In this document: positions 1 to 24,712 of the stretch, piece by piece
Position numbering within the stretch: the first letter of the stretch is position 1
Layout of the letters: the number at the start of each line of letters is the position of its first letter
NCBI RefSeq assembly: GCF_009914755.1
Contig: NC_060939.1
DNA: 64,000 nt
Reading direction: 5' to 3' (one strand)
Source of the DNA: the human T2T-CHM13v2.0 reference genome, Homo sapiens
Program-made: the position numbers and the translations under genes
The notes under the pieces: generated by a model
What the model was told of the DNA's origin: nothing
The model's input: the letters and a program-made list of their open reading frames with translations, nothing else
Databases searched by the model: none

Positions 1-88
1 TACTAGTTCTATCCAGCTACAAATAAATCTTCTGCTTGTAAAAGAAAAGCCAATGCCTCAACCCTCACCATCTTTCAAATCACTCTCA

Positions 89-520
<432 letters not shown>

Positions 521-2159
521 TTAATCCTGACAAAAATGGCTCTTAAAAGTCCTCCATTCAGCATTTCACAGGTATACACATGTAAAAGCTCAAGCTACAT
601 ACTTTAAGATTTGCACACTTGGCTGCATGTAAGTTATACCTTACTAAAGTTGCTCTCTTCTTTCCCTCTAAATGTACCTGCTTCCACAGTTTCGGCCTTC
701 AACGTAGTTCACATCTGCCTCCAAACAGCCTCCTTGGAAGTCTTACTTTTTGCTGTTTCAAACCTTAAATTCTTTTCTCTAGTCTCAGTCTCTTTTCAGA
801 GCTCTTGTCGTAACTAGCCCACGGATGCCTGAAATTTAACAGATCCAGAATCAAATGTAGCAATTTCTCCACTCTGCACCAAGGTCCTCCTTTTGCTGAC
901 TCCTGTATGAATGGCATCACCACTCAAATCTCAAAAATGGCCTTCCCAGAGTTCTCATTTCCCCTCATCGAATTACTTATTAACTACACCTCAATAATGT
1001 GATTCTCAAAATTCATCCCTTTCCATTCCTATGGCTACTACCCTAATTCAAAATCCCCATTAAGTTATAACCACACTGTGCCTAACTTTTATCCCTACCT
1101 CCAGTGTCTCCAGGTTCCAATATTCACTGTCTCTCCTGTTCACTGCTTTACCTTCAGTGCCTGGCATGTTTGTTAGACAGTAGGTGTTCGACAAATTTTT
1201 GTAGCATGAAGACCATCACAGCATTTATCTCACCCTCATAGATAACTGTGACCCTATGTTCCTTCCTCTGCTCCTCCCATGACATGAGGAACGAGACCAT
1301 TTTTATGGCAGTGAGGAGGAAAGCGCTGGCCCACAGTGGGATCAAACCTAAGAACCATGGCCTACCAACTATACATTAAAAATATGTGCCATTTTAGTTT
1401 CACATTTCTACTTCCTAAAAACTGGGCAGGGGGTTTTCTGGTAGCGGATCAGCCTTTATAAAAGGTCTCACTAGTATTAGAACTTCACCAAAACTGATTT
1501 TAATAACAATCCCTTACATGGCTCTAGGAGAGAAGACATCTAAATTTCAAGCTAATATTAATTCAATTTCCCTAATACTGCAGTCTGGACTGGCTATACT
1601 AGAAGTCACCCAGATCTAGAACCTCTTTATCCAGCAGCTGGTTCTAGTATTATGGCGCTTCTAAGACAAGCAGGATTTGTTTTACTCAGCTGTTTAATCA
1701 GAATGCCTCCAAATTTACAAAGCAAATGTTTTAATGTCCAAGGCTAATACACCACTGCAAGGGAAGAATAGGTAGGAAAGGAAAGGGGCACTAAGAGAGG
1801 AACACACCGTAAGAGGGCTTGGCTACTGCATAGCACATCCTCAAGACTATCTCAGTGACCACTTTTAAACATCATTAAAACCTGTTTTGGAAAGGTACAC
1901 GATTTGATCTATCCCCACAGACAACCAGTCCCCTAAGCCTAGGGTGTCAACAAGAAAATTCTATATAAATGACTTCTAGCCTTCAGCTAATTTACAAGCT
2001 AGGGCACCCAAACATATTAATGAAGCTGATTTTCATGTCAGATGGTTTCCAGAGAATTAACACAGTTCTCTCAGCATGTAAGAGGGCAGCAAAACCATGA
2101 AACCAATACAGCACTTAATTTTCTGCTTATTAATGCAAACACATGAAACAAATACCTAA

Positions 2160-2327
2160 TTTCAGTTCAAACTCATTTCCCTTTTATTAAAGTCCAAGTT
2201 ACCATTACATGGCTTGGTACTCAATAAAGGAAAACTTGTTCAAATAAGGTAATATGTTATCATCAGTATTTCCAGGTAACTGTTCACACTCAAGTAGCAA
2301 TGTCAATAAATCCTTGGGGAAGCCCAT
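2160..2327 (-). other. COX5A: COX5A exon 5 (3' UTR, proximal end)
   Basis: Acceptor ttttctcttacag|ATGGGC at 2327; AATAAA at 2188-2183. Confidence 0.88.
2183..2188 (-). terminator. COX5A proximal polyadenylation signal AATAAA
   Basis: TTTATT on + strand; GT/T-rich sequence follows on the - strand. Confidence 0.8.
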
Positions 2328-3010
2328 CTGTAAGAGAAAACACAAAGAATTAGCCAGGAAAGAATAAAGAAAAAGTAGAAATCTTTTAAAAATAACCCTT
2401 AGTGCTACAACCAGGGAAATCACTGTCTCTCTGTACCCTTTACTGCTCTTACTTAATCCTGCCTACTGTCAACCCACAAGCGACTAGCTTTGTGGCTTTT
2501 TTGTTGTTTATACACTGGTACTTCCTTCCCAATCAGAAAAGTGTCCAGTAGCTGCCATTTAACAAAAGAAATTTTTTTTGGGCCGGACACGGTGACTCAT
2601 GCCTGTAACGCTAGCCCTTTGGAAAGCCGAGGCGAATGGATTGCCTGAGCATAGAAGTTCAAGACCACCCTGGGCAACACGGTGAAACCCCGTCTCCACT
2701 AAAATACAAAAAATTAGCCTGGTGTGGTGGCCCATGCCTGCAGTCCCAGCTACTCGGGAGGCTAAGGCACGAGAATCTCTTCAACCGGGAGGCGGAGGTT
2801 GGAGTGGGCCGAGATCGCTTCATTGCACTTCAGCATGGATGACAGAGCAAGACTCTGTCTCCCAACAAAAAAAAGAAAAAAAGAAAAAAAGTTAGTATAG
2901 CTAGAATATATCCTACATAAAAAAGATCTTCTGGACCCCTTGGAATAATACTTGATAAAATGAAAACTAAAACCATCTTTTAGGAGTTCATTATAGAATA
3001 TGAACCACAG

Positions 3011-3640
<630 letters not shown>

Positions 3641-3937
3641 AGAGCTTCAAAAGTATAACTAGGAAAATTTCCATTCTGAACAACTAGTTTTCTTTAAGTA
3701 CTCACAGAAGTCAAAACCATTGCATATATTATAAAGATGAGCTACTTCAGGGAGGTTGTGCTGGTGAGGGGGTGGACAAAGATAAAATGAAAAGACCATT
3801 GCTTTTGGCTCACACCTGAAACCCAAATAATTTGGAAGGCCAAGGTGGAAGGATCACTTGAGCCCAGGAGTTCAAGAACAGCCTGGGCAACATAGTGAGA
3901 CTCTGTCTCTATAACAAAATTAAAAATAAATAAATTA

Positions 3938-4105
<168 letters not shown>

Positions 4106-4512
4106 CTACTAAAAATACAAAAATTAGCCGGGCATGGTGGTGCATGCCTGTAATCTCAGCTACTTAGGAGGCTGAGGTACAAGAATCGGCTTGAACCCGG
4201 GAGGCGGAAGTTCAGTGAGCCGAGATCATGCCATTGCACTCCAGCCTAGGTGACAGAGTGAGACTCCGTCTCAAAAAAAAAAAAAAAAATCTTAAAAGTA
4301 GATTACAAAGTTTTCAGCATTTTCTGTTCAGTTTCGCAACAGGAAGACTGAATATAAAAATTCCTTGAATTCTGAATATTTTTCTTTCTATGTATGTATG
4401 TATTTAATTAACTAAAGGAGACAGGGTCTCACTATGTTGCTCAAGCCAGTCTCAAACTCCTGATACTCCTGAACTCAAGCAATCCTTCCACCTTAGCCTC
4501 CCAAAGTGCTGA

Positions 4513-4779
<267 letters not shown>

Positions 4780-5544
4780 TGATCCACCCGCCTCGGCCTC
4801 CCAAAGTCCTGGGATTACAGGCGTGAGCCACTGTGCCCAGCCCAAATAGAAATACTTTAAACACACCAAAGCAAATGTGGCAACAATAAAAGTATCTGAA
4901 AATCTGGATATGTGTACACAGACTCACTATATTATCATCTATGCTACTGTTTATGCCTAGAATATTGTATGAAGATTTTTCTTTAATTAAGGTGGCTTTT
5001 ATTTGTCTTTCTACCAGTAAGAAAATAATGATGCCGGGCGCGGTGGCTCAAGCCTGTAATCCCAGCACTTTGGGAGGCCAAGGCAGGTGGATCATGAGGT
5101 CAGGGGTTTGAGACCAGCCTGGCCGACAGGATGAAATCCCGTCTTTACTAAAAATACAAAAATTAGCCAGTTGTGGTGGCATGTGGCCTGTAGTCCCAGC
5201 TACTTGGGAGGCTGAGGCTTGAATCCAGGATGCGGAGGCTGCAGCGAGCCTAGATTGCACCACTGCACTCCAGCCTGGGCAACAGAATAAGACTCCATCT
5301 CAAAAAAAAAAAGACGAAAGAAAGAAAAGAAGGAAAGAAAGAAAATAATGACAACAACTAGAAATCATTTCAGTTCTTTAAATTTACCATTACTGGTATT
5401 CTCAAAATCTCTTCATGCTCACGGCCATTACCTCTAACAAGAACACTGAAAGGTCTTACTATAGCACACTGAAATGTCATCCACCCACACCTCTCTGGAT
5501 TGTTTTCCTGCCTTCTTCAGTGGTTTGTCGCTTACCCATGCGGT

Positions 5545-5742
<198 letters not shown>

Positions 5743-5745
5743 TTA

Positions 5746-6021
<276 letters not shown>

Positions 6022-7157
6022 TCACGCCACTGCACTCCAGCCTGGGTGACAGAACAAGATTCTATCTCAAAAAACGAAACAAAACAAAACAAAACAGGTC
6101 ATCTACTTTTAAGTTAACACATTTGTTCGGTAAGTAGGGCAACTTGCTGGGTGCCGTGGCTCATGCCTGTAATTCCAGCACTTTGGGAGGCCAAGGCGGG
6201 TGGATCACAAGGTCAGGAGTTCGAGACCATCCTGACCAACATGGTGAAACCCCGTCTCTACTAAAAATACAAAAATTTGCTGGGTGTGGTGGCACGCCCC
6301 TGTAATCCCAGCTACTCGGGAATGCTTGAACTAGGGAGGCGGAGGTTGCAGTGAGCTGAGATCATGACACTACACTCCAGCCTAGGCGACAGAGCGAGAC
6401 TCTGTCTCAAAAAAATAATAATAATAATTAAATAAAAATAAAGAGGGCAACTTATATATGTACTGTTCAAGGTAGGCTTTTGAAATACCTTGAGAATAAC
6501 TGCAATTGGACTAAATCCAGAACATCTTAAAGTCTAGAATTACTGGAAAAGAAGGTAGTGATGACAGAATTTTGTGAAGGCAATTAGACATGCCCAGCAG
6601 GCAACACGAATAATTAAGTTAACGGGAAAAGTTTTTTCATTTGCCTCCAATTTGAGACCTTAACTGAATTAACTACCAGTGCTGAATGGATTGATAGCCT
6701 ACAGAACCCTTAATTATCTTACCCATTATAGATAAAGTAATGTCACACTTTTGCTGTTAACGGACCTTAAGTTTCTTTCTTACAGACCACAGTATCTTTT
6801 CATGGAGAGCTGTACTTTGAGAATACATATGTCCAGGGCTGGAGACTTTTCACTGTAATATATAGTTACACCTGTGCTGTCACAAGGTTCCTTAGGAACG
6901 AATAAGAAGTCAAAAGAACTAAGAAAGTGCCGGCCGGGCGTGGTGGCTCACGCCTGTAATCCCAGCACTTTGGGAGGCTGAGGCGGGCGGATCAACTGAG
7001 GTCAGGAGTTTGAGATCAGCCTGACCAACATGGAGAAACCCCGTCTCTTAAAATACAAAATTAGCCTGTAATCCCAGCTACTCGGGAGGCTGAGGCAGAA
7101 GAATTGCTTGAACCCAGGAGACCTCGGAGGTTGCAGTGAGCTGAGATCACGCAATGA

Positions 7158-7460
<303 letters not shown>

Positions 7461-7518
7461 TAGAGATGGGGTTTCTCCATCTTGGTCAGGCTGGTCTCGA
7501 ACTCTTGACCTCAGGTGA

Positions 7519-7629
<111 letters not shown>

Positions 7630-7715
7630 TAGTATAACCAGTTCTGGGAAGCTCCCTCTTAAGAATTCCTAACATTTCGTATGACAAATAGCAAGAAGAT
7701 GAATACACTTTGTAG

Positions 7716-8366
<651 letters not shown>

Positions 8367-8620
8367 AAGATAAATTCTTAAAAAAGAAAGAAAAAAAAAA
8401 AAGAGAGAAAAAAGAAAAAAGATAAATTCTTAAATGGAATTGCTGAACAAAAGTGTATCATGTACAATTTGTAAGGCCTTGAATAAATGCTGCCAAAGTA
8501 GCCTCTAGAAAGATTTTAACTGCAATGTACATTCCTTCTAGTTATATAAGGACTCATTTTAGGCATTTTAACAAATTCAAAAATACAGAATATTCTGATA
8601 CCTCAGCAATAGCCCACTCA

Positions 8621-8824
<204 letters not shown>

Positions 8825-9305
8825 TTAAACTATGAGTTATTTATATTTTTACTGAATCACTGATGTATGATCTTATCTGTCTGGGTCTCCATTCTCTTAC
8901 CTATAAAATGAGAGAAACCTACCTTTAACAAATTCTAGATAATAAGATCACAGTGGATCTCCCTTAGTGAATCAGTGGAAAGAAAGAACTATGCAACAGC
9001 ACGCAGATTGAAGGAAAAAATCCTGAGTTTTTTTTTTCCCCTTTGAGAACAAGAGGGTCATTTTCAACTCCTAACTTTTTTTTTGGAGATGGAGTCTTGC
9101 TCTGTCACCCAGGCTGGAGTACAGTGGTGCCACCTCAGCTTACTGCAACCGCTGCCACCTGGGTTCAAGTGATTCTCCTGCCTCAGCCTACCAAGTAGCT
9201 GGGATTACAGGCGGGTGCCACCAAGCCCAGCTAATTTTAGTATTTTTAGTAGAGACGGGGTTTCAGCATCTTGGCCTGGCTGGCCTTGAACTCCTGACCT
9301 CGTGA

Positions 9306-9410
<105 letters not shown>

Positions 9411-9502
9411 TAAAAGAGATTCAAGGCTGGGCTCAGGTGGATCACCTGAGGTCAGGGGTTCAAGACCAGCCTGGTCAACATGGAGAAACCCTGTCTCTAT
9501 TA

Positions 9503-9661
<159 letters not shown>

Positions 9662-10105
9662 TCAAACAAAACAAAACAAACAAACAAAAAAACCAAAATA
9701 AAAGAGATTCAACTGGAAAACAGCCTAAAAACAGCCAGAGAAATGCGTAGAGTTAATGAAGCCTAAATGAGGACATTAAGGAGATATTATAGAGAAACAT
9801 TAGTACACAGACTCATAAACATTCAACCAGAAAATGATTGGGCATGATTACTTTCAGATCTGCACAAAATGACACATAATAAAATTTAAGATTCTCTTAA
9901 TGGGAATACATAATTGTTCTTTTTATTACTTCTACTCCAGATTGTTCAGTAAGAATTCTATTGGTTGTAGCAAAAGGGAATCATTACATTTCTGCAGAGA
10001 AGTTTAAAGCACTTAGGTTTCTTGCTTTTATTACTTTAAAATATTTAAACAAAGGATACCAGTGAATACGATAGTCATTGAGATTGAATTTTTGGTATGA
10101 GATAA

Positions 10106-10852
<747 letters not shown>

Positions 10853-10968
10853 CTTTATAGGTAGCCATAAACTTTCCTAACTGCAAGTTGCATGAAGTAA
10901 CCAGTTTAAACAACGCATGTTTTCGAAACAGTTGCTCTCAATAAAGGAGCAGAAGCAGTTCATATTTA

Positions 10969-11181
<213 letters not shown>

Positions 11182-11499
11182 TCAATGCATTAAATTTTGA
11201 GTTGACTATATATGTTGTGGCAGCAAAAATATTGAACAGGTCAAATGAAATACATCGTATACATTGATACAGAAAGATATATTTTAAATTAAGCAAATAA
11301 AATCAAGTAGAACAAAAAGTATTACATAGGCATGTTTATACTTTTCTCCCTAATGTATAATACTCGCTTGAAATTATTAACAGTGGTTCCCTCTGATTTT
11401 AAATTAACAGTGATTATCATGGGACGTAAAAACTACTTTATATACTTCCATATTGTTTGAATTTTTACACATAACCAGAGTATTAATTCCTAAGTAAAA

Positions 11500-13780
<2,281 letters not shown>

Positions 13781-14512
13781 TGAGTTTGGAAATCTGAATT
13801 CCTTCTGAACAGCCTCTGGAACAGGTAGGGGGATAGGCGGAGGCAGAAAATTTTATCTTTGGGTATTGAATGCAGCACAACCTAGCACTCAGATACCTCT
13901 AGGCTCTTCGCTCTCTCTGTTTGACCCTGGAAAATTAACTTAAGTTTATTTTCCTTATCTGTAAAATGGGGACGCTACCCCCCTTAGCAGATTATGAAGA
14001 TTAAATGTGAAAACAGGTAGGTTAACACTATGCACTGGTAAGTATTAAACAAATGGTAGCTATAAACTAACCCTTATCTAAAAACGTCTTAGTTGTCTAT
14101 TTATAGAAATCATAACTTAAAGAAATGAAACCTATCTCAAATCACATTTCCTACTACCTGTATTAGATAAGTGTGGTGTAACTTCCAGTTGTTTAAGGCT
14201 TAACATATTTTTATTTATTTACTTTTAGAGATGGGGGTCTTGATATGTTGCCCAGGGTGGTCTTAAACTCCTAGCCTCAAGCAATCCTACCACTCCCAAA
14301 ATACTAGAATTACAGGTGTGAGCCACCATGCCCAGCCTTAACATACATATATATATATTTTTAAAAACTTCACCCAGAAACCTCTCAACATTGTTGTTCT
14401 AAGAACACTGAAATTTAAACATTAGTAATATCCTATATATCTTTAATGCAGTAACTGGCAGGAGGAAGAGTAGCAAAAAAACGAAGCAGAAAAGATCTTC
14501 CCAGAGACCTAA

Positions 14513-14791
<279 letters not shown>

Positions 14792-15308
14792 TAGTCAGGC
14801 TGGTCTCGAACTCTTGACCTCATGATCTGCCTGCCTCGGCCTCCCAAAGTGCTGGGATAACAGGCATGAGCCACGGTGCCCAGCCTTAATTTCTACAACA
14901 AGAAAAAAATGGATCTCTACACCTAAATATGTCTGGTAAGTATGAACATTTAATCAAAACTACGTGGATATTTAATAAGTCTTACAAGACTAATATTCAA
15001 ATTTAATATATCAGAAAACAAGGCCAGGTGCGGTGGCTCACACCTGTAATCCCAGCACTTTGGGAGGCTGAGGCAGGCAGATCACTTGAGGCCAGGAGTT
15101 CAAGACCAGCCTGGCCAACATGGTGAAACCCTGTCTCTACTAAAATACAAAAAATTAGCCAGGCGTGGTGGCACACCCCTGTAGTCCCAGCTACTTGGAA
15201 TGCTGAAGGAGGAGAATAGCTTGAACCCAGGGAGGTTGCAGTGAGCCAAGATCGTGCCACTGCATTCCAGCCTGGGCGACAGAGCAAGACTCCGTCTCAA
15301 AAAAAAAA

Positions 15309-15365
<57 letters not shown>
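15309..15365 (+). repeat. (TATC)n tetranucleotide microsatellite at an Alu tail
   Basis: Perfect TATC run directly after the poly(A) of the Alu at ~15022-15308. Confidence 0.95.
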
Positions 15366-15366
<1 letters not shown>

Positions 15367-15529
15367 AAAACATAGATTAGAACAACCATCTAATGCACTA
15401 TTATCAAGAACTTAGGGCCAGATGCAGTGGCACTAGCCTCGGAGACAGAGTGAGACCCTGTCTCAAAAAAGAAAAAATTATAAGCCACCTCTTCAAAAAC
15501 TAAAGCTAGCCTTAACTGAATACTGAAAG

Positions 15530-15650
15530 TGCAAGTATAAAATGATACAATCACTTTGGAAGACGGTTTAAGCAGTTTCTTATCAAGTTAAACACAAACC
15601 TACCATATAACACAGTAATTCCACTCCTAAGTATTTACCCAATGAAAGGT
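15530..15650 (+). mobile_element. Old L1 (L1M) fragment
   Basis: ...ATACAATCACTTTGGAAGACGGTTT...GTAATTCCACTCCTAAGTATTTACCCAA resembles the L1 3' region. Confidence 0.65.
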
Positions 15651-16203
15651 CTATGTACTCCTTCCCCAGAGGTAATTACCTGTCCCATCCACAACAGTGC
15701 TTCATGATAAGCAATTCGTTTTGTTCACTGCTGGGCATGGATTTGACTACATGAGTGCTAGGCTTTGTTTCCTAACTGTGAATAAGATGACCACCAACAG
15801 CAAATCCAAGTCAAGGAGATCACCACCTTCAAGGATTTGATCATATGTCTTCTGGAAGCCAAATTACAAACTGGTTGTATTCCAAAAAGTCTTTTATAAA
15901 ACAGAACTAGAACTTTGAGAGGCCAAGGCAGGATCGCTTGATGCCAGGACTGAGAGACCAGCTTGGGCAACAAAGACAGACCTCCATTCTCCACAAAAAA
16001 CTTAAAAAATTAGCGGGGTTTGGTGGTCCCAGCTACTCAGGAGGCTGAGGCGGGAGGATCCCTTGAGCCCAGGGCAACAAGGCTGCAGTGAGCTATGACT
16101 GCGCCACTGCACTCTAGCCTAGGTGATAGAGCAACACTCTATATCAAACAAATTAAAATAAATAAAAATTTAAAAACCCATACATCCCTTTCTGAAGGGC
16201 TAA

Positions 16204-16464
<261 letters not shown>

Positions 16465-18166
16465 TGATCCGCCCGCCTCAGCCTACCAAAGTGCTGGGAT
16501 TACAGGCGTGAGCCACCATGCCCGGCCATGATTTAAATTATATTGTTAAATCCAATAATGGGTAAAGCAGGATCTATTCTATTAGCTATGGACACATCCC
16601 CCACATGCTTAACTTTTTTTAGGTAAACTCTACTAGCATTCTCTGCCCCACACACCCCACCCCACTTAAGAACAGGATCTCCACCTAGTATTGAAGCTTG
16701 AAAGGCAAATTATTTTGGAAAACAATTACTCAGAGCTTTTACGTAACCTGAAAGTCCCAAAGTAAGAAAAAAGAAGCAGCTGTGAAAAATGAGGACATTT
16801 TTAGGGCTTCATCCTAAAAAGCTATTTCTAACACTGCTTTTTGGCATTCAGTTAAGCACTCCATTTAAAAACAAAAAAGGCTAACATATATAGAAAAATA
16901 AAAGGGCTCATTGATCCTTTGGGTTTAAATTTAGTTAAATCGGATAGTTTTCCATTTAATAAATAATCAACCCTGACAGGCCCAAAGAATGAACACTTTG
17001 GTGGTGGTAACTGTAGGAATGAGGGCACATTAACGAGTTACTGAGGCTGGGTGCAGTGGCTCTCGCTTGTAATCCCAGCACTTTGGGAGGCTGAGGTGGA
17101 AGGATGGCTTGAGCCCAGGAGGTTAAGGCTGCAGTGAGCTGTGCCAACTGCACTGCAGCCTGCATGACAGAGCGAGACCCTGTCTCAAAAACAAAAACAA
17201 AAACAAAACAAAACCACAACAACAGAAGAAGAAAAAGAAAAATTTGGCTGGGCATGGTGGCTCACACCTGTAATCCCAGCACTTTGGAAGGTGGGAGGAG
17301 GGAGGCACTCCTGAGCCCAGGAGTCCCCAGACCAGCCTGTTTCTACGGAAAATAAAACTGGTGGCGCACCCTTGTGGTCCCAGCTACTTGGAAGGTGGAG
17401 GCAGGAGGATCAGTTGAGTCCCAGGAGGTCAAGGCTGCAGTGAGCTGTGATGGTGCCACTGCACTCCAGCCTAGGCAACACAGTGAGACTATCACCAAAA
17501 AAAATAAATAAATAAATAAATAAATAAAAAATTTTTTTTTTGAGATGGCATGATTTCGGCTCACTGCAAACCTCTGCCTCCCGGGTTCAAGCAATTCTAA
17601 TGCCTCAGCCTCCCAAGAAGCTGGGACCACGTGTGCGTGCCACCACACCCGGCTAATTTTTGTATTTTTAGTAGATACTGGGTTTCGCCATGTTCAGGCT
17701 GGTCTGGAACTTCTGATCTCAGGTAATCTACCCGCCACAACCTCCCAAAGTGCTGGGATTACAGGCGTGAGCCACCGTGTCCGGCTGAAAAATGTAAATT
17801 GTACTGTTACTTTAGCAAAACACAAAATCTAAACAAACATCAGGATGGCCCAAACATAACTATAAGAAACAAAAATGGTTCCACCATTAAAAAGGAGTCA
17901 GTTTCGGCCAGGTGTGGTGTCTCACGCCTGTAATCCCAGCACTTTGGGAGGCTGAGGCAGACGGATCACCTGACCTCACGAGCTCGAAACCAGCATGGCC
18001 AACATGGTGAAACCCCATCTCTACTAAAAACACAAAAAGTAGCCGGGCATGGTGGCAGGTGCCTGTAACCCCAGCTACTCCGGAGGCTGAGGCAGGAGAA
18101 TCGCTTGAGCCAAGACCGTGCTATTGCACTCCAGCCTGGGCAACAAGAACGAAACTCTGTCTCAAG

Positions 18167-18198
<32 letters not shown>

Positions 18199-18488
18199 CA
18201 AACAAACAAACAAAAAAAAACAAGGAGTCAGTTTCCCAAGATGGACTTTGGTTTCCTTTTCTATAAAATAAAATGGCTTCCACGATCTCTAAAGTACACT
18301 CTAGGTTGGCTGCAGTGGCTCATGCCTATAATCCCAAACTTTGGGAGGCTGAGGTGGGAGGATCACCTGAGCCCAGGAGTTCAAGCCCAGCCTGGGCAAC
18401 ATAGGGACACTCCGTCTCTAATTTAAAAATAAATAAATAAACAAAAATAAAGTACCCTCCAGCCTTATGGTTCTACGACAAATGATAA

Positions 18489-18844
<356 letters not shown>

Positions 18845-19399
18845 TAACTTCAGCATACCCTGAAACGAGTTTCTGAGTTCTTATGTTTAAATACGCATGC
18901 ATAGTTGCCAGTGATGCAGGTTCAAAAATAAAATATAATATGCATGCATAGAAGCTAAATTTCACGGACCAAGATCGAAGTGCAATTACTGTAATTATTC
19001 TATGGTGGTGGACTCAAAACCTCCCAGCACACATATAAAGGGAAGGAAAATAGACAAAAATCAGAAGCACGTCTCATACTCCAGCAATCAGGCTTCTATT
19101 ACAAAGGGGAAAAAACACGAAGCGTTCCTATGCTTGTAAAACCCAGTATTCCTGTGTCTGTGACATTCAGTTTTCAAAAGAGTGATATTTTTATCATAAG
19201 CCCTATCAAAACTCTGGCTATCTTCCGGAGATCAGGAAACAACCACACACTTCCATCTATTTTAAACGTGGAAGAATTAGAACGTGGCACAGCAGACCCT
19301 AAAAATGATGGAAAAGGCTGTGAAGGTGACACACTAATCGCTAACCGAGAAATGCCTGATTGAAAAGTATAATCGTGTGTCCCATACGGAAGTATATTG

Positions 19400-20418
<1,019 letters not shown>

Positions 20419-20424
20419 CTACTA

Positions 20425-20637
<213 letters not shown>

Positions 20638-20743
20638 TCATTGTGGCATAAAATAAAACAGCGAATGGGGGAAAGAATGCCGCTGGACGCGGTTGCTCAC
20701 GCCTGTAATCCTAGCACTTTGGGAGCCCAAGGCGGGCGGATCA

Positions 20744-21019
<276 letters not shown>

Positions 21020-21573
21020 TTATATCACAAACCAGCTTGCATAAAAAATGAGTTAAACTACTTCATTTCACAGATTAGGAAAGAGGCTCAGAAATTAGGT
21101 TGCTGCTGGCAGTCAAGGATCTTTTCGCCACATCCCCAGTTCTGAGGACTCTCACCTGAATGTTTCCCATCTCCTACAGGAGGGCTCCTGAATCCACGAT
21201 GGCTCTGAAATAGGGTTGATCAAGTTCCACAGTTGTTGCATCTTATCTCACTAGCTACATCCTAACTTTGAGCCCCTGGGCAGTCAAGGACACCTCTCCC
21301 AGGCCTGAAGTATCTGGATGCTGCCCAGAGTTAATGAGACATTGTATTCTGTCTTGCTGTCTCCCATTCTCTATCCCTGGGCACACTGAGGAAAGAAAAG
21401 GTGGCCATTCATGTGCCACTTCCTCACTTCAGGCCGACTCTCCAGGGCCTCAGCATCTGCCCTTCTCTTTTTCCTCCCTAGCAGTGTGGCTTCAGTGGGT
21501 AGGAACCTGGCGGGGAAAAGGATTTTTAAAATGTTTTCAAAGCACCTGCCCTCACCGTTTCCCACCAACCTAG

Positions 21574-23034
<1,461 letters not shown>

Positions 23035-23359
23035 CTGGCCAAAGGGCAACGGGGAAACCTTTGACCTCTCTGCAGTTCAATTAGTGTTCATCAAATCTCC
23101 AAGGCTGGAAGCTTAAGATGAGGTCAGGGTAAGAAAGTAAGAAAAGTAAGAAAAGCAAGTAAGAAAGCACTGGGCTATATTGCTTGAATCCCAGCTGGTC
23201 TCCCTGCTGTCAGAATCCCTCCACTTTGCCTACAGTCACTTAGATTGGCTGCTGAAGTGTTTTTTTTTCTTTTTAAAATACAATTATGACTATAATTTAC
23301 AATGTGCCACTACATGCCACAAACTATTATCCCATTTATGCCTCATAACAACCTTGTGA

Positions 23360-23722
<363 letters not shown>

Positions 23723-23914
23723 TAGACTTAAAGGATACTTGCCAAAAATCATACAGCTAACAAATAGTGGTAGTTAGGTTTTAGTCCCCACTTGTCTGAC
23801 TCCAGAAATTGTTCTTTCCCCACCACTGCTGAAGGTAGGTTTTGCTTGTCTTTCAGTCAGTTCTGAATTCTCTGCTACCTTGAGAGCAGTCCACAGCCCT
23901 AATTGCCTGCATTC

Positions 23915-24712
<798 letters not shown>

